Origin: Candidatus Heimdallarchaeota archaeon
Lineage (GTDB): Archaea; Asgardarchaeota; Heimdallarchaeia; Heimdallarchaeales; Kariarchaeaceae
Direction: 5' to 3'
NCBI GenBank assembly: GCA_029882335.1
Contig: JAOUKW010000003.1
Coordinates: 6,383 to 30,382, forward strand
Length of the DNA: 24,000 nucleotides
Shown here: piece by piece, positions 9,206-16,680 of the stretch
Numbering within the stretch: position 1 is the first letter of the stretch
How the letters are laid out: each line of letters starts with the position of its first letter
Program-made: the position numbers and the translations under genes
The notes under the pieces: generated by a model
The model's database searches: none
Seen by the model: the letters and a program-made list of their open reading frames with translations, nothing else
What the model was told of the DNA's origin: nothing

Positions 9206-10062
9206 GTTTATCTGAAAAAATTACTGGATTTTACCAAAATTATTTAGAAGGTAGAATTAGATTTACTGCATTTATAATTGCCAAAGAATTAGTGATTTCC
9301 AGTATTAAGGAAAAAAAATTTCTTTTTGCATTATTATATTTTACCATCATTCCTATGTTGATTTTGTTATTGACTTCTAATCCAGATGTGATTCAAACAG
9401 GATCTGGTATTGCATTATATTATGCTCAACACAATACTGTGGACTTCATTAAAAATTACTTTTTCTCTCTTATTATGGGTCAGATTTTAATAGTTATCCT
9501 AACAGCAGACCAAATTTCAGGTGAATTTGAACAAACAACTTTTGTTTTACTACGAACTAAACCAGTATACGATTCTGAAATAGTTTATGGTAAATTTTTT
9601 GGTATTATGAGCTTTTTGATGATCTTAGATGTATTCACAATTTGTGGTGTATTTTTATCAAATATGTCAACATATGAAGCGGAGACTGAGGCATACATTG
9701 GTACTATTGATGAATTAGTCGTTGCATTGTTTATAATCGCTTTACTTCAAAGTTTAATTGTTTCCATGACTCTTCTCATATCTTCTTTCTTTTCGAGAAG
9801 TCTATATGCAATATTATCAAGTATGATTTCTCTATTTATTATAAATATATTCACCATTGATTATGATCCTTCATCTGAGAAATTGAATTTATTTTCATTT
9901 CCATGGTTAATAGATGCTATTTTTCCCCAATTTTTCTATCATATGGATGTATTACCATTTTCGATTCCTTCATTATTAGAATTTATCATTGGAATTCTTT
10001 TCGTTACTAATTTATTGCTAGGTGCAGCCATTTTGCGAATAAGACTTCGAGAAGTTTACTAA
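9202..10062 (+). CDS. ABC-2 family transporter permease
   Basis: 286-aa polytopic membrane protein with about six hydrophobic segments and a loop between TM1 and TM2. It is translationally coupled to the preceding ABC ATPase. There is no sequence signature beyond topology and context. Confidence 0.75.
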   Translation: MSLSEKITGFYQNYLEGRIRFTAFIIAKELVISSIKEKKFLFALLYFTIIPMLILLLTSNPDVIQTGSGIALYYAQHNTVDFIKNYFFSLIMGQILIVILTADQISGEFEQTTFVLLRTKPVYDSEIVYGKFFGIMSFLMILDVFTICGVFLSNMSTYEAETEAYIGTIDELVVALFIIALLQSLIVSMTLLISSFFSRSLYAILSSMISLFIINIFTIDYDPSSEKLNLFSFPWLIDAIFPQFFYHMDVLPFSIPSLLEFIIGILFVTNLLLGAAILRIRLREVY

Positions 10063-10211
10063 GTTTGTCTTATTGCATTTATCTATGATAATGTTCCAAG
10101 GTATTTCTTCCTTATATATTTAATAAACAATATTTCCACCTTATTGGTTCAATAAATTGAGGAATGTCTGTAAATTTGTTAATTTTGTAATTTGTATGAT
10201 TATAATTTGCA

Positions 10212-10346
10212 CTACGTGATGCAAAGCATGTGAAGTACTTCCATGTAGAAATCATTTTCTAACTCGATTTCTTCATCATAATCGATATTTGATTGATCTA
10301 ATTTGTATAGATCGCCAGTTTCAATAGTTTCAATTGTTGTTGTCAT
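10212..10346 (-). CDS. Possible small acidic protein (44 aa), unverified
   Basis: The ATG at 10346 opens MTTTIETIETGDLYKLDQSNIDYDEEIELENDFYMEVLHMLCIT inside an otherwise empty 550-bp gap. A TTTATTAAATA element lies ~35-45 nt upstream. I recognise no homology, and the ORF could be a chance one. Confidence 0.2.
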   Translation of the reverse strand: MTTTIETIETGDLYKLDQSNIDYDEEIELENDFYMEVLHMLCIT

Positions 10347-10612
10347 AGTAACCAACCTACATATGATAGTGGTATTGTATTTAATAAACCTATGCAAAAG
10401 GGATGAATGCTCGTATTTAAATTGTAATATACTGCAATCTTTGCATTCAATGATATTTTAGTAATTCCCAAGTTCTTTAGTGATTTTACATCATGTTGTT
10501 TTTTAATTCAATTCAAATTTCATTTAAATCATGATTTTCTTTAATTGAAATACTCAAGAATATTAGATTTGTTTTTTATATTTGTTTGCTTTGTTTTGTT
10601 AAAGGTTATAAA

Positions 10613-11848
10613 ATGAGATATTTTTTGTTATTCTCCGTTTTTATGGTGATAACAATATTAATCACTGCAAATGAGAACTTATATAATTCAAATCAATCAG
10701 AACAAATTTTATATCAGACCACAACTCTTACATATGCGTTACCTTATGATTTTGCTGAATTTGGTTATTTTACTGCATACTCTATGCAACACAACAATGG
10801 CTGTCTGCAATAGGTGTGTCTTTATTTAGATATGATGCAAGTAATGACAGATTAATGACTCCTTGGTTTGCAGAAAGCTATGAAATTAGTACAGATGGTA
10901 AGAATTATACTGTTACTATCAAACCTAGAATGAAATTCCAAGATGGGAGTCCATTTACTGTAGATGATGTTGTATTTTCCTACAAAGTTTACTATCATGA
11001 CTTTTTTGATGATGCAGACGGCATCATGAACAACGAATCAGTTCATAAAATTGATGCAAGATCATTGATGATGTCTGTAGGCTTTGATTATAATGATTTA
11101 ATCTACAATTTAGATACCGATACCTATAATTCATACTTCTTCAATGTAACATTGTTAAGTCCTAGTTCTAGTCCTATCAGACATATATGGTCCGTCTATT
11201 TAGATCAATCATTACCAAAGATAGGTATTGGTGTAACAGAACATGTTAATACCGGATGGGGTGAAATTGTTCCCCGAACTTTTGGATGGTCTTCAAATAC
11301 ATTAGTGCCATTATGGGATGACGGTGGTTATGATATTTTCTTTATTGGATATAGATGGTCATTTGACTATGATCCACAGTACTTATATGATACCTATGGG
11401 CTTTGTGACACCGGTTCATGTGATAACTGGTATAACTTTGTAAACACTATAATTACTGATCTCGTAGATTTATATGTACGAGAGTTAGATAATAATGCAA
11501 GAATTACATTAGCTCACCAAATTCAAGATTTCTTGAAAGTATGGAGACCTGTTATTCCTAGCATTTACCCACAACCCACGGGGCTATAATAAAAATTTAA
11601 CAGGTATTGATGGAATTTTACTCTCCAGCTCAAACCAACAATGGGATCATTTAGGATTTATTCCCTATACTCCTTCAATAAGTGACTCTCCTACTTCTAG
11701 TAATGATATACTAAATAATATTACACCTACTCCAAAAAATCATAATTCTGATAGTTCAAATGAAGGATTTTTGGATGGATTTTCATTTCTTATTGTAATG
11801 TCAACTTTGTTCATATGGACTGTGAGATACTACAAAAGAAGGAAATAA
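10613..11848 (+). pseudogene. Decayed family-5 solute-binding protein gene (paralogue of 11974..13905)
   Basis: Alignment by eye to the intact neighbour shows three lesions. (1) A 1-nt deletion near 10782 (tcatatgcaac becomes tctatgcaac) causes a frameshift and a TAG at 10811. (2) An in-frame loss of 681 nt (227 codons) has its junction at 11053/11054, equals intact 12436..13116, and is flanked by 'atg' microhomology. (3) Two 1-nt losses near 11573..11580 lead to TAA TAA at 11587. The reading frame then resumes in another frame (NLTGIDGILLSSSNQQWD...) through a linker, DGFSF, a TM helix and YYKRRK, with the stop at 11846..11848. ORF-track entries 10586..10813 and 10816..11589 are its fragments. 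Confidence 0.85.
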
Positions 11849-11973
11849 ATTATCTGGAAATCATAATTTAACAATTTTTTATAATTGTATATGAATGAAA
11901 TAAATTGAAAGGGTTGTCCAAAACTAATCTTTTATTAACAATTATTTATATAATTGTTATCTATGTTCTCTGT

Positions 11974-13905
11974 ATGAGGTACAATCTCAATCTCCGTAAA
12001 TTATTATTTGGTATAATGATTATGACTTTATTAATCATGTCCAATAATAATGTCATAAGTATAGATCAATCCAGTATTGGATTAACTCAAAATCCTACAA
12101 CAACGCTTACACATGCGTTACCGTATGATTTTACTGAATTTGGTTATTTTACAGCATACTCATATGCAACACAACAATGGCTGTCTGCAGTACGTGCGTC
12201 TTTATTTAGATATGATGCAAGTAATGACAGATTAATGACTCCTTGGTTTGCAGAAGGCTATGAAATTAGTTCTGATGGTAAGAATTATACAGTTACTATC
12301 AAAGCAGGAATGAAATTCCAAGATGGAAGTCCATTTACTGCAGATGATGTTGTCTTTGCGTATGGCGTTTATTACCATGACATTTTTGGTGGTGCAGACG
12401 GCATCATGAACAACGAATCAGTTCATAAAATTGATGATTTAACCGTTAAGTTTGATATGATGCAAGCATATGCATTTGGTGTTAGTTACTTAAGTAAACC
12501 GATACTTAATGAAGCATATTTTGGACCTAAATGGGCTGCATGTGTTGCAAATGGTGCAACCGTAGAGGCTGATTGTTTATGGGATGATCCAAGTGGTGTT
12601 GATGCACATGGAGGAGGACCATATATGGTTCAATCAATTGATATCACAACTGATGTTGTGACCCTAGTTAAAAATCCCCACTACTTTGATGCTTCTAATG
12701 TTTATTTTGATGAACTTGTTTTTAAAAAGAATTCTAACCCAATTGACGCAATAAATGCTCTTGCAGCTGGTGATATTGACATCATAGATTCTCAATTTGT
12801 ACCTCCATTAGAGGCATTTAATGAATTTGATAATGTTGCATCTTTGAGAGTAACAGATCCTGCTACCCAAGAAATTTCTTTAAATCATCTACATCCGATG
12901 TATGGTACCGGTGAAGATTTACCACTTGGTTCAACCATAACATCTGCAGTAGAAGGAGCAAAAGCAGTTAGAGAGGCTATGTCCAGCGTTCTTAACAGAG
13001 AATCTCTTATAGAAGAAATTTTTGAAGGAAGGGCATTACCCGCAGCTACAGTTGTGCCGGCTACAGCTACTGGTTGGAATCCAAACTTAGCATTTGATCC
13101 ATATGATGTTGCACATGCAAGATCACTGATGGAATCTGTGGGATTCAATTACGGCAATTTAAACTATAATTCCATCAATGATGAATATACATCTTTCTTC
13201 TTCAATGTAACATTGTTGAGTGCTAATACTAGTCCTAGTAGAAATTTATGGCCTGTCTTTTTTGAACAATCCTTACCAAAGATAGGTATTGGTGTAACCG
13301 ATCATGTTAGTACCGGATGGGCAGAAATAAATCTCAGAACATTTGGGTGGTCTTCAAATACATTAGTACCATTATATGATGATGGTGGTTATGATGTATT
13401 TTTTGTAGGATATGGATTTCCATTAGACTATGATCCACAATACATATTTGATACTAATGGTCTATGTGACTCTAGTGGACCTGGAGCATGTAAAAACTGG
13501 TATAACTTTGTAAACCAAGAAATTACTGATCTAGTAGATTTATATGTAAGAGAATTAGATGGTAATACAAGAATTACCTTAATTGGTCAAATTCAAGATT
13601 TCTTGAAAGCATGGAGACCTGTTATTCCTAGCATTTACCCACAATCCCACTGGGGACATAATGTTAATTTAACCGGTATAGATGGAATTTTACTCTCTAC
13701 ATCAAACCAACAATGGGATCAAGTGAAGGTTCAAGACTTAATTCCTCCTCCTTCTAACAATTCCTCAACACCAGTAAATCAGACATCTGATAATTCGGTT
13801 GATAATGGAGATTTAGATGGATTTTCATCAATTCTGGTATTATCAAGCATGTTTGTAATGACCGTGTTATACCGAAAAAAATGGACAAATAAGTTGAAGA
13901 TTTAA
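11974..13905 (+). CDS. Extracellular solute-binding protein, family 5, with C-terminal membrane anchor
   Basis: The ORF-track start at 11905 is TTG. ATG 11974 gives a signal peptide (MRYNLNLRKLLFGIMIMTLLIMS) that parallels the pseudogene's MRYFLLFSVF. The family-5 signature is WFAEGYEISSDGKNYTVTIKAGMKFQDGSPFTADDVVFAY. The tail is a Pro/Ser/Asn linker, LDGFSS, a TM helix and RKKWTNKLKI. Confidence 0.85.
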   Translation: MRYNLNLRKLLFGIMIMTLLIMSNNNVISIDQSSIGLTQNPTTTLTHALPYDFTEFGYFTAYSYATQQWLSAVRASLFRYDASNDRLMTPWFAEGYEISSDGKNYTVTIKAGMKFQDGSPFTADDVVFAYGVYYHDIFGGADGIMNNESVHKIDDLTVKFDMMQAYAFGVSYLSKPILNEAYFGPKWAACVANGATVEADCLWDDPSGVDAHGGGPYMVQSIDITTDVVTLVKNPHYFDASNVYFDELVFKKNSNPIDAINALAAGDIDIIDSQFVPPLEAFNEFDNVASLRVTDPATQEISLNHLHPMYGTGEDLPLGSTITSAVEGAKAVREAMSSVLNRESLIEEIFEGRALPAATVVPATATGWNPNLAFDPYDVAHARSLMESVGFNYGNLNYNSINDEYTSFFFNVTLLSANTSPSRNLWPVFFEQSLPKIGIGVTDHVSTGWAEINLRTFGWSSNTLVPLYDDGGYDVFFVGYGFPLDYDPQYIFDTNGLCDSSGPGACKNWYNFVNQEITDLVDLYVRELDGNTRITLIGQIQDFLKAWRPVIPSIYPQSHWGHNVNLTGIDGILLSTSNQQWDQVKVQDLIPPPSNNSSTPVNQTSDNSVDNGDLDGFSSILVLSSMFVMTVLYRKKWTNKLKI

Positions 13906-14054
13906 GTTATAATAAATTTAAGAAAATTTAATATAAATGTGATTAATCCTATAAATTCAATGTCTAATTTGATTTAAGCATATAATCATTTACAATTAAT
14001 TACTTTTATCTCTCAATATTGTTGATTTTAATATTTGTTTGAGTTATTTTAATT

Positions 14055-14062
14055 AAAAAAAA
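14055..14062 (-). terminator. Oligo-T (T8) tract downstream of tRNA-Ile
   Basis: The plus-strand A8 run is a T8 run on the minus strand, beginning ~17 nt after the tRNA 3' end. Archaeal RNA polymerase terminates at oligo-T tracts. Confidence 0.4.
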
Positions 14063-14078
14063 GATGTAGGTAAAATAA

Positions 14079-14175
14079 TGGGCCACGTCAGATTCGAACT
14101 AACGACCTCCCGGTTTCTAAGCTCAATATTTTGAGATATCAGCCGAGCGCTCTAACCAAGCTGAGCTAGTAGCCC
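14079..14175 (-). tRNA. tRNA-Ile (anticodon GAU) with ~22-nt intron at the canonical 37/38 position
   Basis: In the reverse complement: acceptor GGGCTAC/GTGGCCC; D arm GCTC-AGCTTGGTTA-GAGC; anticodon stem CTCGG/CCGGG; loop CTGATA with GAT; variable AGGTC; T arm GTTAG-TTCGAAT-CTGAC; discriminator A; no encoded CCA. The insert TCTCAAAATATTGAGCTTAGAA allows a near-canonical bulge-helix-bulge. The central helix is CTGA/TTAG, flanked by 3-nt bulges that contain both junctions, and the inner helix is CTCAA/TTGAG. Confidence 0.9.
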
Positions 14176-14512
14176 TTGTTGTTTCTATTTTGTACGTATT
14201 TCAGATTTCGTAAAATCCAAAAGCTACATATTTTATATCTTCAATAAAATATTCAGATTTATATTCATATACATTGAATGAAAACTGAAATAATTTATTG
14301 TTCAGGTAAATTACAATCACTGTAATTAACTTGAATATAGTCTAAATCTCTATACAACTTTTACAGTTTTTTATCTTACTATAGTAACTAGTAATTGATT
14401 AGGAAATTTTGTTTTTTCCATGCAATTTTTGAGGTAATTTGCTTACAATATATGGTTGAAATAAATCACACCTCAGATCTTACGGTACAAACACGTATTA
14501 TCTTGTTTTATC

Positions 14513-15760
14513 TTAATCTGTTGTTTTTGTTGGTTTTGATTTTTTAGTTGTAGATCCGTTGGTAATGTCTGCTAATGATATATCTGCTTCTTTTAATGCA
14601 TTAATTCCAGAAATTAGATCCGAATAGAAACTATTTGAGGATAAAAATAACTTAGAGTTCTTTTCAATTCCTTTTGAGATTTGTTCTGCAACCTTTACCT
14701 GTGTATCTGCATTGATTTCTGCAATCTTTACACCAATACCTTCTTTGTTGAAAGATTTAATTGCTTCTGCAAGAGCTTTTGTACCCTCTGCTTCTGCAAG
14801 TAATTTTAGCTTAATAGCTTCTGCTTCCGCTTGAGCTCTAATTCGAATTGCTTCAGCCTCTGATCTAGCTTTAATTAGTTGTGCTTCAGATTCTCCTTTG
14901 GCAATTTCCATTTGTCTTTCAGATTCAGCTAGCGTATCAATTTTTAATTTTTCTGATTCAATTTCTGCAGTACGTCTGATTTCAGCATTCTTTATATCCA
15001 TTTTTCTTAGTGTTAACTCTTTATTTTCAACTGCAATGAATTTTTCCTGTTCTAATCTTGCTGCTTCTGATTTTTGAAGTGCTTGTTGTTTTTGTACTTC
15101 TGCTTCAGAAATCTTTTGTGCTTCAATAATTTCAGCTTGTGTACTTTGTTCAGCTTCAGCAATTCTTGCTAATTTGGTTAATTCTGCCGATTTCACCCTT
15201 TCCATATCCGAAATTACTGTGCTACCCGGAACATCAACAATATCTCTGATGTCAAATATTAATACTTTAACACCTAATCTAGATAATGATTCTGCTGTAG
15301 ATTTATAGATTGCTGTTTCAATCTCATCTCTTTCTCTCATGATAGTTGTTAATTCTAATCTCATTGCCTCAGATCTTGCCGCTGCTTGTATGGTATCGTC
15401 AACTATTGGTTTGATTTCATTTGCAGTAGCTTTTCCTAGGGTTTGGACGGCAGTTTTTGCATCAGAAACTTGGACTTTACAAGATATTTCAACGGCAAAT
15501 GGTAAGTTAGAAGAATCTAGTAGTTTGATTCTTTGAACAGCAATTTCTATTACGCTTGTTGAAATTATATTTTTCTTATGTATAAGTGGAAAATATCTAT
15601 ATGATTGCCCACCATTAAACATTTTTATTTTACCTCTACCGGATATAACGTGTACTTCATCTGGTTTTACAACGTTATATGTTGTATATAGTATATATCC
15701 AATTGCAACAATAATTCCTGTAAACAGAAATCCAATTGTTGTTACATCTAATTGTGCCAT
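14513..15760 (-). CDS. Flotillin-like SPFH/band-7 domain membrane scaffold protein
   Basis: 415-aa ATG ORF. It has an N-terminal TM hairpin (TTIGFLFTGIIVAIGYILYTTY) and an SPFH core (VHVISGRGKIKMF...FAVEISCKVQV...). A long Glu/Ala-rich coiled coil follows, with flotillin-type EA repeats (RSEAEAIRIRAQAEAEAIKLKLLAEAEGTKALAEA). Confidence 0.9.
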   Translation of the reverse strand: MAQLDVTTIGFLFTGIIVAIGYILYTTYNVVKPDEVHVISGRGKIKMFNGGQSYRYFPLIHKKNIISTSVIEIAVQRIKLLDSSNLPFAVEISCKVQVSDAKTAVQTLGKATANEIKPIVDDTIQAAARSEAMRLELTTIMRERDEIETAIYKSTAESLSRLGVKVLIFDIRDIVDVPGSTVISDMERVKSAELTKLARIAEAEQSTQAEIIEAQKISEAEVQKQQALQKSEAARLEQEKFIAVENKELTLRKMDIKNAEIRRTAEIESEKLKIDTLAESERQMEIAKGESEAQLIKARSEAEAIRIRAQAEAEAIKLKLLAEAEGTKALAEAIKSFNKEGIGVKIAEINADTQVKVAEQISKGIEKNSKLFLSSNSFYSDLISGINALKEADISLADITNGSTTKKSKPTKTTD

Positions 15761-15765
15761 TTATT

Positions 15766-15770
15766 TCACC
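15766..15770 (-). promoter_or_regulatory. Shine-Dalgarno motif (GGTGA) coupling the NfeD-RING and flotillin genes
   Basis: The minus strand reads TAA-GGTGA-AATAA-ATG. The upstream stop (15771..15773) is followed immediately by GGTGA, and the flotillin ATG lies 5 nt later. GGTGA matches the GGAGGTGATC-type anti-16S motif. Confidence 0.6.
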
Positions 15771-16472
15771 TTATGATATATTTACAATATTATTTGCGTC
15801 AAATTGTAGTATTGCTTTACAATTTGGACAAACATTCCTAATTTCTAGCCAAGCTTTCAAATGTTCGATATGAGCATTGTAATTACATTGTGGACAAGAA
15901 CTTGAATTTTCAAGGATGCCAATATCTGCAAAACAGATCATACAAAACTTATCTTTTGATTTTTTTCTAATAAATTTAATAATTTTTGAGTAAGATTTCT
16001 TCTCTGAAGGTTTGTTGATTTTAAAATTTGAATTGAATTCATAGACTTGTGCATATACTCCATTGAAGTGCGAAATTACCACCTTTGTCCACTTTGGAAT
16101 TGTGTTTATTTCGTTATCAATGCCTTCTGCAACAAAATATTCTCTTCCATTATCTGTTTCAAGTATTATTTGTCCCTTCTTACCTGGATTTATTGGAATA
16201 TCTACAATCGCAATTTTTCCTATGGATTGATCATAAATATCCTTGGGATCGTTGATTTGTAGAAAAATTATACCTAGCAATCCAGATACAATTAATCCAA
16301 TAATAAATGCGTTGATACTTTCTGTGTTATTATATCCTAGAATACCCCAAACAAATAGAAAGATAGGCCAATCTATCGGTAAATTAGAAAGTGGTAAGGT
16401 GAAGTTGTATTTTTCTTTTGCTATTGCTACTATAATCGCAACAACAATTAAAAACAAATAAAAGATGCTCAT
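15771..16472 (-). CDS. NfeD-family membrane protein (3 TM + OB-fold) fused to a C-terminal RING/PHD-type zinc finger
   Basis: 233-aa ATG ORF with three N-terminal hydrophobic helices. An NfeD C-terminal-domain-like beta segment follows (GKIAIVDIPINPGKKGQIILETDNGREYFVAEG...WTKVVISHFNGVYAQVYE), then a Lys-rich linker. The finger is C177-x2-C-x12-C-x2-C-x4-H-x2-H-x10-C-x2-C218 (nt 15819..15944) and includes HLKAWLEIRNVCPNCK. The gene sits directly upstream of an SPFH gene, which is the conserved NfeD position. Confidence 0.8.
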   Translation of the reverse strand: MSIFYLFLIVVAIIVAIAKEKYNFTLPLSNLPIDWPIFLFVWGILGYNNTESINAFIIGLIVSGLLGIIFLQINDPKDIYDQSIGKIAIVDIPINPGKKGQIILETDNGREYFVAEGIDNEINTIPKWTKVVISHFNGVYAQVYEFNSNFKINKPSEKKSYSKIIKFIRKKSKDKFCMICFADIGILENSSSCPQCNYNAHIEHLKAWLEIRNVCPNCKAILQFDANNIVNIS

Positions 16473-16680
16473 CAGAATCAGAAACCTATAACTTATTGAA
16501 AGGTTGCTAAAGATTAGGTAATATTATAGAGTCGAATTAAGTATATAAAATAATTGTAATTTAAGTGTATAATTCAAATATTTGATATATCCTATAAATA
16601 TATAATATCCAACTTTAACAAATGGTTAATACAGTAATATTTTCTCGATTGATACGTTTTTTAAATGTATTTTCTAATAT

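Noticed and set aside
10586-11589. Treating 10586..10813 and 10816..11589 as two independent small genes
   Set aside because: They are contiguous fragments of one SBP paralogue, separated by a 1-nt frameshift. The second fragment begins at a GTG with no signal peptide and lacks 227 central codons.
12885-13148. 87-aa minus-strand ORF inside SBP2
   Set aside because: It is antisense to a conserved SBP region that has paralogue support. It shows no independent signal.
3042-14175. An integrated genomic island bounded by the two tRNA genes
   Set aside because: I found no integrase or recombinase, no partial tRNA 3'-end direct repeat elsewhere in the window, and no obvious shift in composition. 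The tRNAs are of different identity and appear to be ordinary chromosomal genes.
15339-16461. + strand ORFs 15339..15536, 16047..16262 and 16243..16461, antisense to the flotillin and NfeD-RING genes
   Set aside because: The sense-strand genes have strong domain evidence and SD coupling. The antisense products look like mirror-frame artefacts, for example the Ala/Ser runs opposite the EA-repeat coiled coil.
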